A stretch of 32,000 nucleotides of DNA from Acaryochloris marina MBIC11017. Lineage in GTDB: Bacteria > Cyanobacteriota > Cyanobacteriia > Thermosynechococcales > Thermosynechococcaceae. The stretch is from positions 88,694 to 120,693 of the forward strand of contig NC_009933.1 in the NCBI RefSeq assembly GCF_000018105.1, given 5' to 3'. Shown piece by piece: positions 16,596 to 25,536 of the stretch. The notes under the pieces were generated by a model. That model made no database searches. It was given only the letters and a program-made list of their open reading frames with translations, and was not told the origin of the DNA. Positions within the stretch are counted from its first letter, which is position 1. Each line of letters starts with the position of its first letter. A program made the position numbers and the translations under genes.

Positions 16596-19500
16596 TTGTT
16601 TGTGACCCTCCATGTTCTCAAGCGATGCCCTACCCTCATCGCCTCCATCCTGATTGCAGCCTCTCAGACTCTTCCCGTCTGGAGTCAAACTCAACAAGTC
16701 GGGTACTATCCCGCCCTAGAACTCGCCAATGTTCCTGGGTTAATCTACGAACCACCCCCGGAAGCTCAAGGGGTTTCCTTCTCCAGTCTCCCCGGTGCCA
16801 GCTCTCCCGGTTGGGTTGTCGTGAATGACCCCAACCTCAACTATGACCCCAACCGGGCTTGGCCCGCTGGAGCCACACCAGATCGGATCATCAAGTTTGG
16901 AGACTTAAAGCAAAACCCTCAGTTTGCAGGTTTTACTAAACACAGTCTCAGAGACTTTAACAATGCCATTGGCACCGACATCGGAGGAGTGCCCATCGGC
17001 CAGATTGAACTAGTCAATGGCCTCAACCTTGAACAGGTTAAAGACATTTACAACAACGGCGATATCAAACTCAAAGACTCAGCTCCCCTATTCCAAGCCG
17101 TCGTCGGTGTCGTTCTAGATCCCACAGGTGCCCAGAAGCAGCTTCAACGCAATGCCCTGAGTACGGGCAAGAAAGCTCTGATTAACGAACTGAATAAAAA
17201 CCCAGCCCTCAAAGATATCCCCTTTGAAGACCTCCTAGATGGCAATTGGCAAGGGGTACTCCAAGAAGGTGAACAGGTCTTACTTCGAGAAATTGGCAAT
17301 GACATTCCCGCAGAGCTGCGCCGCTTACCCGTGGGTGCTCTCACCATTGAAGTCATAGAAGGCAACTGGAAATCCGCCCGACAACGCGCCCAGAACTATG
17401 CCATTGATGAGATCCAAAACTTCACCCTCAATGAAATCATCCAAGAATTCCCCGAACTCAAGCAAGTGCCCATCGGTGGCATCGTCCATATCGCCAATCA
17501 GCCCCTAGACCAAGCCCTTCCTCAACTGGCAGATATGGCTTTAGAGCAATTCCCCGGCATTGAAGACAAGATCCTAGGCTCCGTCCCTGGCCTCAGTGAT
17601 ACGGCCCTTGGGTCTATCGTCGCTCCCGTCGTCTTCAACCTTCTAGCAGGGGATATATTTGGTCGGTTTGATATTGCCCATAGTGGTCAAGATGGGCCAG
17701 AAGAACATTATGGTAGGCCGATCAGTGGGGGCACCCCTGATGCAAAATTCAAGCCAGAACATGGGATTAAGAGTGCCACGAGCAGGAGCAAGCGACCAGA
17801 GCGAGGGTTCCCTCGGTTTGAGATGGCCCCTCTTGAACCAGGAACTACGATACTTGGTGATCCACTTCTAGGAAAGGAATGGATGAGTCGGGATCAGGAA
17901 GTGCCAGGGTGTAAAGGGTTTCTCTGTCTGTTTGGCAATAAGGAACGTGCAGGTATCAAACCCTTTGGCAATGGCTCTCTCACTAAGTTCAGCCTGGGGA
18001 ATATCACGGAATATGATGACAAACCCGCAGAAGCCAGACTATGGATTGACTTTCAGATCTGTGTCACCATCCTATTTGAGAAGCACTGCACAGCTCATAT
18101 CTTTAGTTTCAAAACACCATGGAAAGTCAAGGTGGGGGGCATCTTCCCGATCCTCGCCCGTCGTAGAGTCCAAGATTACTTTCCAGGGATTAACGAGAAG
18201 GCCAGAACCATTGACTTCTGCCAAGTCCCTGACTTCTTAGGGGGAACGACAACATCGGGGAATAGTCCCCCACCCCAAGGCGAAGTAGAAGCCTTTGAAC
18301 AATTCAAGTCAGATTCAGCCGCCATAGGCTTAAGCTTTGACCGAGATCCCCAAGGTCGCTTACTGGTGAATGAAGAGAATGAGGATGCGACCATAACCTG
18401 GGTTGCTCAGGAAGCAGGAACCTATGGATTTGAAGTGAATCAAGCAGACAATGGCACGATAACCTTTAATTACACGGGTGTTACACATCCATCGCCATCC
18501 CAAAGTGCAACCACCAGTAATGATGGTTTTTCGGGTGTTTTCCCAGGGACACTTCAACACCAACAGAGCAACAGTGGTTTGCAATCTAAAGCCCAATCCA
18601 ATGGCGTTCAGCTCCAGCCGATTGATGGGTCAAGTGGTGCCCCACAATTGACGGGCATACCGGGTAGACCAGGGGCAGTCAGTAGCCAGGGAATTACAGC
18701 CACCAAACCCTCAGATCCTCAACATCGTCTGAGACAGTATCTCGCCCGCATTGCCTTGGGTGAATCATCTGGGGGAACGGATATTGACGCCCATCCGAAT
18801 ACAGGAGCGTATGGGGAATATCAGTTTATCCCTGAGACGAGGCAAATAATTCTGGAGCGTTATGGTCTGGATGCTTGGTCAACGAATAAAGCCGAACGCG
18901 ATCAGGCGGCAGTGGCCTTGATCCAAGCCTTTGGTGATGAGATTGGGACGGACATTCTCGGCTTGATTGAGGCGGGTGAGTTTGAGCAAGCGGATCAGTT
19001 GCTCGGTCAACATGTTTACAGTCATGCTGGGAATGTACTTCGGTATGGTCAGTTCACCTCTTTACCGGGTGGAGCTGAACAGCATGAGATATGGAAAGAC
19101 CCTGCAATTCTGTCTCAATATGGTCCGAATGGGAATGCAGGGCAGAATCCACTGCTGGCAGCAATCAATACGAATTCACAGCGGTGTAATCCTGCGTTGT
19201 TGGCGAGCAATGGAAGTGTCAATTTTCAGCAAGGATCGGGGGTGGCGTCTGGGAAACTGGCTAACCCTTTAGCTGACTCATCTTACGTTGTTACAAGTAA
19301 TTTTGGATGGCGTTACGATCCTTTTACAGGGGACACTGACTGGCATTCTGGAATTGATTTAGCCCATTCCGCTGGCACCCCATTTAGGGCTGCAGATGGT
19401 GGAACAGTTGTAATGAGTCAATGGAATGGAGATTATGGGAATTTCATTCTGATTGACCACGGCAACGGGTTGGCGACTTGGTATGCTCACAATCAAACCA

Positions 19501-19685
19501 ATTATGTAAAAGTAGGTGATACCGTAGATCCGGGACAGGTCATTGGCACAGTAGGAAGCACAGGCAGATCTACTGGTCCCCATATAGATTTTGGAGTGGT
19601 TGAAGGCTATGTAAAAGGGAATATCCATTCAGGGACTAACGTTGACCCCAGAAAACATATCAACTTCAAGGGATTGAGGCAGTAA
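16596..19685 (+). CDS. Secreted bifunctional cell-wall hydrolase: lambda-lysozyme-like (GH104-type) lytic transglycosylase plus M23 peptidase
   Basis: 1029 aa. TTG or GTG start with signal peptide HVLKRCPTLIASILIAASQTLPVWS. About 18720..19100 encodes LGESSGGTDIDAHPNTGAYGEYQFIPETRQ...AERDQAAVALIQ...FTSLPGG, collinear with phage lambda R. About 19290..19640 holds the M23 motifs WHSGIDL, YAHN and GPHIDFGV. The N-terminal ~650 aa have no recognisable domain. Confidence 0.85.
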   Translation: MFVTLHVLKRCPTLIASILIAASQTLPVWSQTQQVGYYPALELANVPGLIYEPPPEAQGVSFSSLPGASSPGWVVVNDPNLNYDPNRAWPAGATPDRIIKFGDLKQNPQFAGFTKHSLRDFNNAIGTDIGGVPIGQIELVNGLNLEQVKDIYNNGDIKLKDSAPLFQAVVGVVLDPTGAQKQLQRNALSTGKKALINELNKNPALKDIPFEDLLDGNWQGVLQEGEQVLLREIGNDIPAELRRLPVGALTIEVIEGNWKSARQRAQNYAIDEIQNFTLNEIIQEFPELKQVPIGGIVHIANQPLDQALPQLADMALEQFPGIEDKILGSVPGLSDTALGSIVAPVVFNLLAGDIFGRFDIAHSGQDGPEEHYGRPISGGTPDAKFKPEHGIKSATSRSKRPERGFPRFEMAPLEPGTTILGDPLLGKEWMSRDQEVPGCKGFLCLFGNKERAGIKPFGNGSLTKFSLGNITEYDDKPAEARLWIDFQICVTILFEKHCTAHIFSFKTPWKVKVGGIFPILARRRVQDYFPGINEKARTIDFCQVPDFLGGTTTSGNSPPPQGEVEAFEQFKSDSAAIGLSFDRDPQGRLLVNEENEDATITWVAQEAGTYGFEVNQADNGTITFNYTGVTHPSPSQSATTSNDGFSGVFPGTLQHQQSNSGLQSKAQSNGVQLQPIDGSSGAPQLTGIPGRPGAVSSQGITATKPSDPQHRLRQYLARIALGESSGGTDIDAHPNTGAYGEYQFIPETRQIILERYGLDAWSTNKAERDQAAVALIQAFGDEIGTDILGLIEAGEFEQADQLLGQHVYSHAGNVLRYGQFTSLPGGAEQHEIWKDPAILSQYGPNGNAGQNPLLAAINTNSQRCNPALLASNGSVNFQQGSGVASGKLANPLADSSYVVTSNFGWRYDPFTGDTDWHSGIDLAHSAGTPFRAADGGTVVMSQWNGDYGNFILIDHGNGLATWYAHNQTNYVKVGDTVDPGQVIGTVGSTGRSTGPHIDFGVVEGYVKGNIHSGTNVDPRKHINFKGLRQ

Positions 19686-19687
19686 TC

Positions 19688-20053
19688 ATGAAAAAACTAC
19701 TATTTGCGGTAGCATTTCTGTTGTTAAATGCATTACCATCCCAGGCTTCACCCCAGGCCGAGGCTTGCCTCAATAAAACCATTACTCAGACAGAATCTAG
19801 CGTTTCATCGGCTCAGTTAGTTGCGTCTATCGAGCATGATGGAAGCCAGTACCATTACATAGAGGGGGCATCAAGTAACCCCAGGATTCCTGATGCAAGA
19901 ATTTTTTTGAGAACGGATCATCAAGGCGGATGTGAAGAGATTATGTCTTACCTAGTTGGTTCCGCTCCATCTGAAAAAGTTTTCCGGGAAAGGCTTGGCA
20001 GTGAAGTTTTCCTTAAGCTTCAGCAGCAGGCCAAGGCATCAAAGTCGAATTGA
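19688..20053 (+). CDS. Small secreted protein, unknown function
   Basis: 121 aa. The start is 3 nt after the hydrolase stop. Signal peptide MKKLLFAVAFLLLNALPSQA. Confidence 0.6.
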   Translation: MKKLLFAVAFLLLNALPSQASPQAEACLNKTITQTESSVSSAQLVASIEHDGSQYHYIEGASSNPRIPDARIFLRTDHQGGCEEIMSYLVGSAPSEKVFRERLGSEVFLKLQQQAKASKSN

Positions 20054-20143
20054 TAAACCTAATATCGGGTGCGACTACTATAAAGGTATGGGCAAAGAAG
20101 TTACCAATAAATTTATCCAAATCTTCCTCTAACAAGACTGAAT

Positions 20144-20173
20144 TTGCACCCCACAATACAATCTACCTATGTT
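20144..20173 (+). promoter_or_regulatory. Recurrent promoter-like motif P4
   Basis: gaaTTTGCACcccacaatacaatctaccTATGTTcc. It ends 30 nt before the ATG at 20204. Confidence 0.6.
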
Positions 20174-20203
20174 CCTGTTAGCTCCACCTAGCAGGAATTT
20201 TTT

Positions 20204-22006
20204 ATGCCCCAACAAACCACGCAACCCGCACCAGAATACAGAGGGTTCCACAACATTCCCATCAACTATGGCTGGCTCACCGTAGGCTTTCTCAGCATCG
20301 TCTTTATCATCTGGCTCAGCACCCTCAATCGACGCAGAACTCAAATTCCAGAGGGAATGCCAAATGCCAGAGAAGCCACCCCCAAAGAAATCAAAGAAGG
20401 GTCCAACAAAGCCAGACTGATCCGAGCTGAGGGTGATATCGAGAAGTCCGCGATCCAACTCAACCCAGAAACAGGCATCACCCTTGGACCTATCAACCCC
20501 GGTGGCCTCGTCTCAGGCAAAAGCGGTGGGGGAAAAACGGAAAGCTTTGCCCTTCGCCTGATCGAATCCCTCGCGGAAGATGGAGCCTCCCTGCTGATCA
20601 GTGACATCAAAGGCGAACTCATGGAGAAAACCGCCGCCTATCTCCATGACCTCGGCTATGACATCCACTTTCTCGCCCCTGGCATCAAAGAAACCTCAAA
20701 GTACTCCGTAGAAAAACTCCCCTTCTCCGGTGGCCTTAACCTCCTCGACCTGATCGCCAATGATGAAGACCTCGCAGGCACCCTTGAGCTGACCCGAGGC
20801 ATCAACATCAACGCCGCCGAGAACTATGAACGCAGACATCAATACTTCGGTCCCCAGTCCGACCTTCTGCAACAGTCCATGATGCTCGGAGCCAAAAGCA
20901 GTGAATATGCCGACATGCTGATGGTCTGGGAACTGATGGGCCTCAACAACATCGCCGAACGCTTAGCCGCAGCCAAAGACAACGACAAGATGGGGAAAGG
21001 ACTCCCCTACTTTATGACTCATCTGAGCCGAGGACTCAGAACCGTCGCTCATAGCTCCAGTAGTGCGAATCCTGGTCCCACCATTCAATCCACCGCTAGT
21101 CAGAACTGGGTTCAATTCCTCGACCCTGAGATCGCCAGATGCATGACCAAGACCACCATCCCCTTGGACCTCACGGGCAAACAAGCCATCTTCTTCCGTA
21201 TCAATGAAGACCAGCTAGAAGCCACCAAGACCTATCTCGCCGCTGCCATCCATATGCTGGTGAAGCGCAATATCAGGTATACCCGTAAACGTCAGAACAA
21301 CCTCGGCGTCATCATCGAAGAAGCCAGTTTCACCTTATTCCCAGATGCGAAGAAATGGTCTGCCCTAGGACGGCAAAATGGCCTGTTGCTGTGGATGATT
21401 TATCAGCAAGAAGAACAGATGCAGGAACTCTATGGCGAGAAGCGATGGGAAAGCACTGCTGCCAACCTGCCCTCCCGCATCTATATGAATCAGGGGTCCT
21501 ACAAGAGCAATCAAGTCATTGCCAGCCGCTTAGGGAAGAAAACCATCATCAGCACCACGGAAAATGAGTCCTTTGGTTCCAACCGTTCTCGGAGTCGCAA
21601 TGACAGCTTTCAACAAGTGGACTTGATGACCGCAGACCGCTTAGACGCCATGAAGAAACCAGGGCAGTGCATCATCGTCGATGCCTCCACCAATGGTCAC
21701 CCGATTATCTATGAGAAGAAACAGCTTCCCTATGACAAGAACAGCTCCCAGGCCAAGATTAGGGAGCAGTGCAAAGACGCATGGCGAGAGAACATCCTTC
21801 CCAGCCTGCAAGAGGAACATCAGAAGCACTTTGGGATGATCAATGTCCAAGTGGCAATGGAGAACAGAGCCGCAGCCGCAGAGGATCTACTCCCACCTTC
21901 AGAGTATTACGCCATTGAAGAAGAAGCCGCTGAGATTGACGCAGAAGAAGCCACTGAAGACACCACAGATATAGACGAACAGGAGGATATTCAAGATGCA
22001 GCATAG
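20204..22006 (+). CDS. virD4: Type IV coupling protein (VirD4/TraG family)
   Basis: 600 aa. N-terminal TM segment GWLTVGFLSIVFIIWLSTL. Walker A is SGKSGGGKTES (about 20517..20546). The TraG/VirD4 signature is LGVIIEEASF...GRQNGLLLWMIYQQEEQMQELYGEK. The C-terminal tail is highly acidic. Confidence 0.9.
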   Translation: MPQQTTQPAPEYRGFHNIPINYGWLTVGFLSIVFIIWLSTLNRRRTQIPEGMPNAREATPKEIKEGSNKARLIRAEGDIEKSAIQLNPETGITLGPINPGGLVSGKSGGGKTESFALRLIESLAEDGASLLISDIKGELMEKTAAYLHDLGYDIHFLAPGIKETSKYSVEKLPFSGGLNLLDLIANDEDLAGTLELTRGININAAENYERRHQYFGPQSDLLQQSMMLGAKSSEYADMLMVWELMGLNNIAERLAAAKDNDKMGKGLPYFMTHLSRGLRTVAHSSSSANPGPTIQSTASQNWVQFLDPEIARCMTKTTIPLDLTGKQAIFFRINEDQLEATKTYLAAAIHMLVKRNIRYTRKRQNNLGVIIEEASFTLFPDAKKWSALGRQNGLLLWMIYQQEEQMQELYGEKRWESTAANLPSRIYMNQGSYKSNQVIASRLGKKTIISTTENESFGSNRSRSRNDSFQQVDLMTADRLDAMKKPGQCIIVDASTNGHPIIYEKKQLPYDKNSSQAKIREQCKDAWRENILPSLQEEHQKHFGMINVQVAMENRAAAAEDLLPPSEYYAIEEEAAEIDAEEATEDTTDIDEQEDIQDAA

Positions 22007-22433
22007 TCAAGACCAGACCTTAGAGCGGGATGCAGAGAAAGGAATGCACCTGGCCGAGGAAGGGGTAGAAAAAGCAGCCAGACTGACGGCTGAGACTCTA
22101 CGAATACTTAGGGCACAACTCGCTAAGTACAACAATCGAGTGTCCATTAAATTTGAGTCACGAGCAGATGATATTGCTAACGTCAAAGCAGGGATGCAAG
22201 GAGGACTCAAGGGTGTACAGCTCAGGCAGATTGTCAGGGCGGGTGACTCGATCAAGGAAGTGGCTCAGCGAGCCCAGTCAGCGGAGAAAGTGAAGCTGTA
22301 TGAGGACCGGGTCATGTCCAGGGCACAACATGAGTTGAATCGAGAGAAGGTGGAACATCGTCGTTCCCAGCAGTCGCAGCAGTCCCAGAAACAGAGTCAA
22401 AGGCAGTCTCAGTCTCAGAATCTGGGATTGTAG
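21996..22433 (+). CDS. Hypothetical helical protein with Gln/Ser-rich tail, translationally coupled to the coupling protein
   Basis: 145 aa. Its ATG overlaps the virD4 stop by 11 nt. The tail is RRSQQSQQSQKQSQRQSQSQNLGL. Confidence 0.6.
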   Translation: MQHSQDQTLERDAEKGMHLAEEGVEKAARLTAETLRILRAQLAKYNNRVSIKFESRADDIANVKAGMQGGLKGVQLRQIVRAGDSIKEVAQRAQSAEKVKLYEDRVMSRAQHELNREKVEHRRSQQSQQSQKQSQRQSQSQNLGL

Positions 22434-22478
22434 TCGGTATCAATCTAAGTTTTAAAGTCAGAAATAACAAATCAACTA

Positions 22479-22570
22479 CCCCGCTGCAAGCAGACGAGGT
22501 ATGAAATACGACTTGCTACCAAACCGTAGATTTGGATCGCAATTCCATTTCTTCGCTGTAAGCAGCGGGG
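22479..22570. repeat. 92-bp segment bounded by 9-bp inverted repeats
   Basis: CCCCGCTGC (22479..22487) pairs with GCAGCGGGG (22562..22570). The near-direct repeat AATCAAC flanks it at 22470..22476 and 22571..22577. An internal GCAAG/CTTGC stem is present. It lies 46 nt after the stop at 22433. Confidence 0.5.
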
Positions 22571-22914
22571 AATCAACCCCTACTAGATTGAATTATATAG
22601 TCTAAGAAAATTGAAATATTGCAAGTTTACTTGCCAGAGAGTTCGCAAGTGAAAAACGACAATTCCTGATTCTAGCAGCAGTTATTTTCGATTTATGGTT
22701 AATTAGTTCAGTAAAATACTCAATTTCATTTAAAATACTCCTTTTAAAATCTTTTGAATGCCTTATTAAACTTAGCCTTTAAGATTTTTATCATCCCTAT
22801 TACAACCTATTTAGCTTCCAGAGAATGCTTAAAATTGCCTCAAATAATTTTTAATAATATCCTGGTTAAATAATAGGTAAAATATTTTAACTAAAAATAT
22901 AATTTTTCTAGGAG

Positions 22915-23415
22915 TTGAAATACATAGTTATGCCAATAGTGTATGGAAATGCTGGTAAATTTTTTGGAAATTACTGGTATATGAATTTTAACTTTGATTT
23001 TGAGCTTGGTGATGCATCAGAAGCTTCTGGAAATAGTGGATTTTATCTAATTCATGCCAGCAGATTAGTTTCTGTTAAGCCTATAGGGTTTTGCCTAGAA
23101 TTATCTGAAAAGCCATTAAAATATCAAGTTGTTTATTCTAGTGGACATACTATTCAATCGTATGGTGATCAGTATTTCTACGATAAGTCACCTTCAGTTT
23201 ATAGATTAGAGAAAAAAGCCGATTTTGACTACTCTTTACTTATGCCTGAAGAAGGAGGCAATGGGTTTCAAGCACAGCCTCATGTAGTAGGAGATGGTTT
23301 AGTGGTATACGGAACTAGCACAGGTAATGCATTTGTGCTAACGGGTACAGAGGGAGGAAACCCCCATTTAACCTTGAAGATATCACCATTAGGTGTCGAA
23401 GTTGGAAATGGCTAG
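22915..23415 (+). CDS. Hypothetical protein (AT-rich island 2)
   Basis: 166-aa ORF. The start may be the TTG at 22915 or the ATG at 22930. It is Gly/Tyr/Phe-rich and has no recognisable motifs. Confidence 0.45.
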   Translation: MKYIVMPIVYGNAGKFFGNYWYMNFNFDFELGDASEASGNSGFYLIHASRLVSVKPIGFCLELSEKPLKYQVVYSSGHTIQSYGDQYFYDKSPSVYRLEKKADFDYSLLMPEEGGNGFQAQPHVVGDGLVVYGTSTGNAFVLTGTEGGNPHLTLKISPLGVEVGNG

Positions 23416-23658
23416 AAAAATAACAAGGTCTTTGAAATATCTTCTTCTAAAATGAAGAATGGTTTTAATAACTTTATTATAATGAAGTGAGAAAATTAGA
23501 TTCCTTAAAATATTGTCAATGACCTAAATTAGACCTCTTGTAGAATTGATCTAACGATCTGATTTAAGATAGAAAACCTAAATTTAGATCGCAGTATAAA
23601 TTTTTTTGTTAGCTCATCACTAAACAAACATTGCAAGAGGTCTATTGTCCAAGGCGTA

Positions 23659-23764
23659 ACATGAACTGAATTGCGAGAAGGTTGAACATCGTCGATCCTA
23701 GCAACCAGAACAGTCCCAGAAGCAGAATCAAAAGCAGTCCCAGCCCCAGGATTTTGGGTTGTAG
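23659..23764 (+). pseudogene. Decayed duplicate of the 3' end of ORF 21996..22433
   Basis: 106 bp collinear with 22328..22433, roughly 80% identical by eye. It includes the terminal ...GGGTTGTAG, and an in-frame TAG interrupts it. Confidence 0.8.
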
Positions 23765-23968
23765 ATTTAGGGCTTTGTAATCGATTGCTGCTGTACTTGG
23801 GAAATCTAAGGATGCAGATGCGGGAACTAACTAAATTAAAAGCCTGACGTCACTAGCTTGGAAAATCACTTCACAAAAATTTAAGGCTAAATATCGCCTT
23901 AAATATTTGCATATAGGGGTTTCAATTATCAGGTGTCTTATAACCGTAGTTTTACGAAGATTAACGCG

Positions 23969-24364
23969 ATGAAGCAACCGAAATTTGATGAAAATAGTAG
24001 TGACCAAGAGACCTTTGCACCATTTATCCTTGATAATTGCATGAATTCAGAATGGAAAGATGTGAGGCTTATCTTTGGAGAATGGGAATGGTTTGAGGAG
24101 AACTTTGGAACTGAAACATTCGACGGATACTATTTCAACGGCTATGGGCTGCAAGGGCTGGTGATGGCAGTACGTCTTGATGCAAACTTGGATGTTGAGC
24201 CAGAGACCATTCACTACAATTCAGAAGGAGACATTTGCAATATCCACTTCACAGAAATGGCGGAAGCGATCACAACTGCCAACCTTGCCTCGGAAATGAT
24301 TAAGGACAAGGCGCAATTGAAACGAGCGATCCAAGTTGCGAGAGAAAATGGTTTTGAAGATTGA
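23969..24364 (+). CDS. Small acidic hypothetical protein
   Basis: The ORF is open from 23933 (GTG), and the ATG at 23969 is the more likely start. It is acidic with Trp/Phe-rich segments (EWEWFEENFGTETFDGYYFNGYGLQGL). The NGYG..GL pattern vaguely recalls small immunity-type proteins, but I cannot verify that. Confidence 0.5.
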   Translation: MKQPKFDENSSDQETFAPFILDNCMNSEWKDVRLIFGEWEWFEENFGTETFDGYYFNGYGLQGLVMAVRLDANLDVEPETIHYNSEGDICNIHFTEMAEAITTANLASEMIKDKAQLKRAIQVARENGFED

Positions 24365-24615
24365 AAGCAGTAAGCGAAAAGCTTCTTAAATAGTGAATTT
24401 TCGAAGTGGTAAAGATGAAAAGGGTTTTAGACGACAATTTTCATTGATTACCTCTATGTTCAGAGTGATATACGTCAGGTTTCGTATAAATATAGCGAGC
24501 ATTCAAGTATGACCGATAAGATCGACCTGACTTCTCAAATTTTAGAATTCAGGAACATTGGACTGCCCTTGATAGCGATCCGATAGCTGCATTCACCTAA
24601 TCAAGACATGTATCA

Positions 24616-24810
24616 ATGAATATTCTTAAAAAGATAATTGGATTTGGTTTATTAATTTATAGCGTTCCAAGAGTTGTGCATGTAATGAAGCAGGTTATCG
24701 AGAGTGGTGGTGATCCTCAAGCAATTGGAGCCGCTACCGCGTCCGTTTTATTTGTCGCCATTGGCCTTTGGCTACTGTTCTCAAAGGATAAGGATAGAAA
24801 CCCTTCATGA
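24616..24810 (+). CDS. Small two-TM membrane protein
   Basis: 64 aa with two hydrophobic helices separated by ESGGDPQ. Confidence 0.4.
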   Translation: MNILKKIIGFGLLIYSVPRVVHVMKQVIESGGDPQAIGAATASVLFVAIGLWLLFSKDKDRNPS

Positions 24811-24951
24811 AGGAAGGTTGTGACTACCCCTCAGAATTCTCATAAAACCCTTATAGCCTTCTCAGTCAATTACAGGGAATCACCCAGTTCGTCATCATTC
24901 CAGCTTCAGACACCCCTCGTACATTGAAGTCATTGAAGTTGGAGAACAAAC

Positions 24952-25284
24952 ATGAAACGCATTCATCAAACCGCTTTTTCAGTCTTAACAAGCTTTACCG
25001 TCCTCAGTATTGGCCTTGCTTCCTCCGCCCTAGCTGAAACCATCACCGTGACCCGTGGCCCCAATGGTGCAGCCCATCAGGTCAAAGTAGACCGTATTCC
25101 TCAAGATGCTCAAGTACGATCTGAAACTCCTACCACCGGATTTCCTAACATTGTCACCCGTGGCTCTCATGGTGCGGCTCACATCGCTAAAACGGACTCA
25201 GACCGTGACACAACTGCTCAGTCTTCGGTAAGACGTCAAGTTATCACTCGTGGCCCGAATGGTGCAGCCTACATTGCCAATTAG
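24952..25284 (+). CDS. Small secreted protein with three TRG(P/S)xGAA(H/Y) repeats
   Basis: 110 aa with signal peptide ...LSIGLASSALA. The repeats are VTRGPNGAAHQVKVD, VTRGSHGAAHIAKTD and ITRGPNGAAYIAN. The gene has the GC content of the native cluster. Confidence 0.6.
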   Translation: MKRIHQTAFSVLTSFTVLSIGLASSALAETITVTRGPNGAAHQVKVDRIPQDAQVRSETPTTGFPNIVTRGSHGAAHIAKTDSDRDTTAQSSVRRQVITRGPNGAAYIAN

Positions 25285-25413
25285 GTCATGAGAGCAACAA
25301 CGAGCTGACCCAGAGTCCTTCATTCCCCCCAAGAGCTGATTGCAAGTTCACCTCACGTTGCAGTCAGCTCTTCTCTTCGTCACAATCTCCCTTTTTTCTC
25401 CAACAGACCCCTT

Positions 25414-25452
25414 ACGACTGAGGGGACAACTCCTTAGTCGTGGGTTTTTCTT
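25414..25452 (+). terminator. Rho-independent terminator
   Basis: Stem ACGACTGAGG/CCTTAGTCGT with one G-U pair, an 8-nt loop, then GGGTTTTTCTTT. A second long hairpin, AGAGCTGATTGCAA/TTGCAGTCAGCTCT, lies at 25332..25371. Confidence 0.6.
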
Positions 25453-25536
25453 TAAACCTTCATTACACAGATCCAAATATCCTCGCACCTTAAGTACAAA
25501 AGGCTGAAACCTCAAACACAGTTCCCAAATAACGAT

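Noticed and set aside
16445-16828. 127-aa + strand ORF overlapping the start of the hydrolase gene
   Set aside because: It runs through the promoter-like motif and across the AT-rich/GC-normal boundary, in a different frame from the motif-supported 1029-aa CDS. Its sequence is Ser/Pro/Arg-rich shadow-frame-like.
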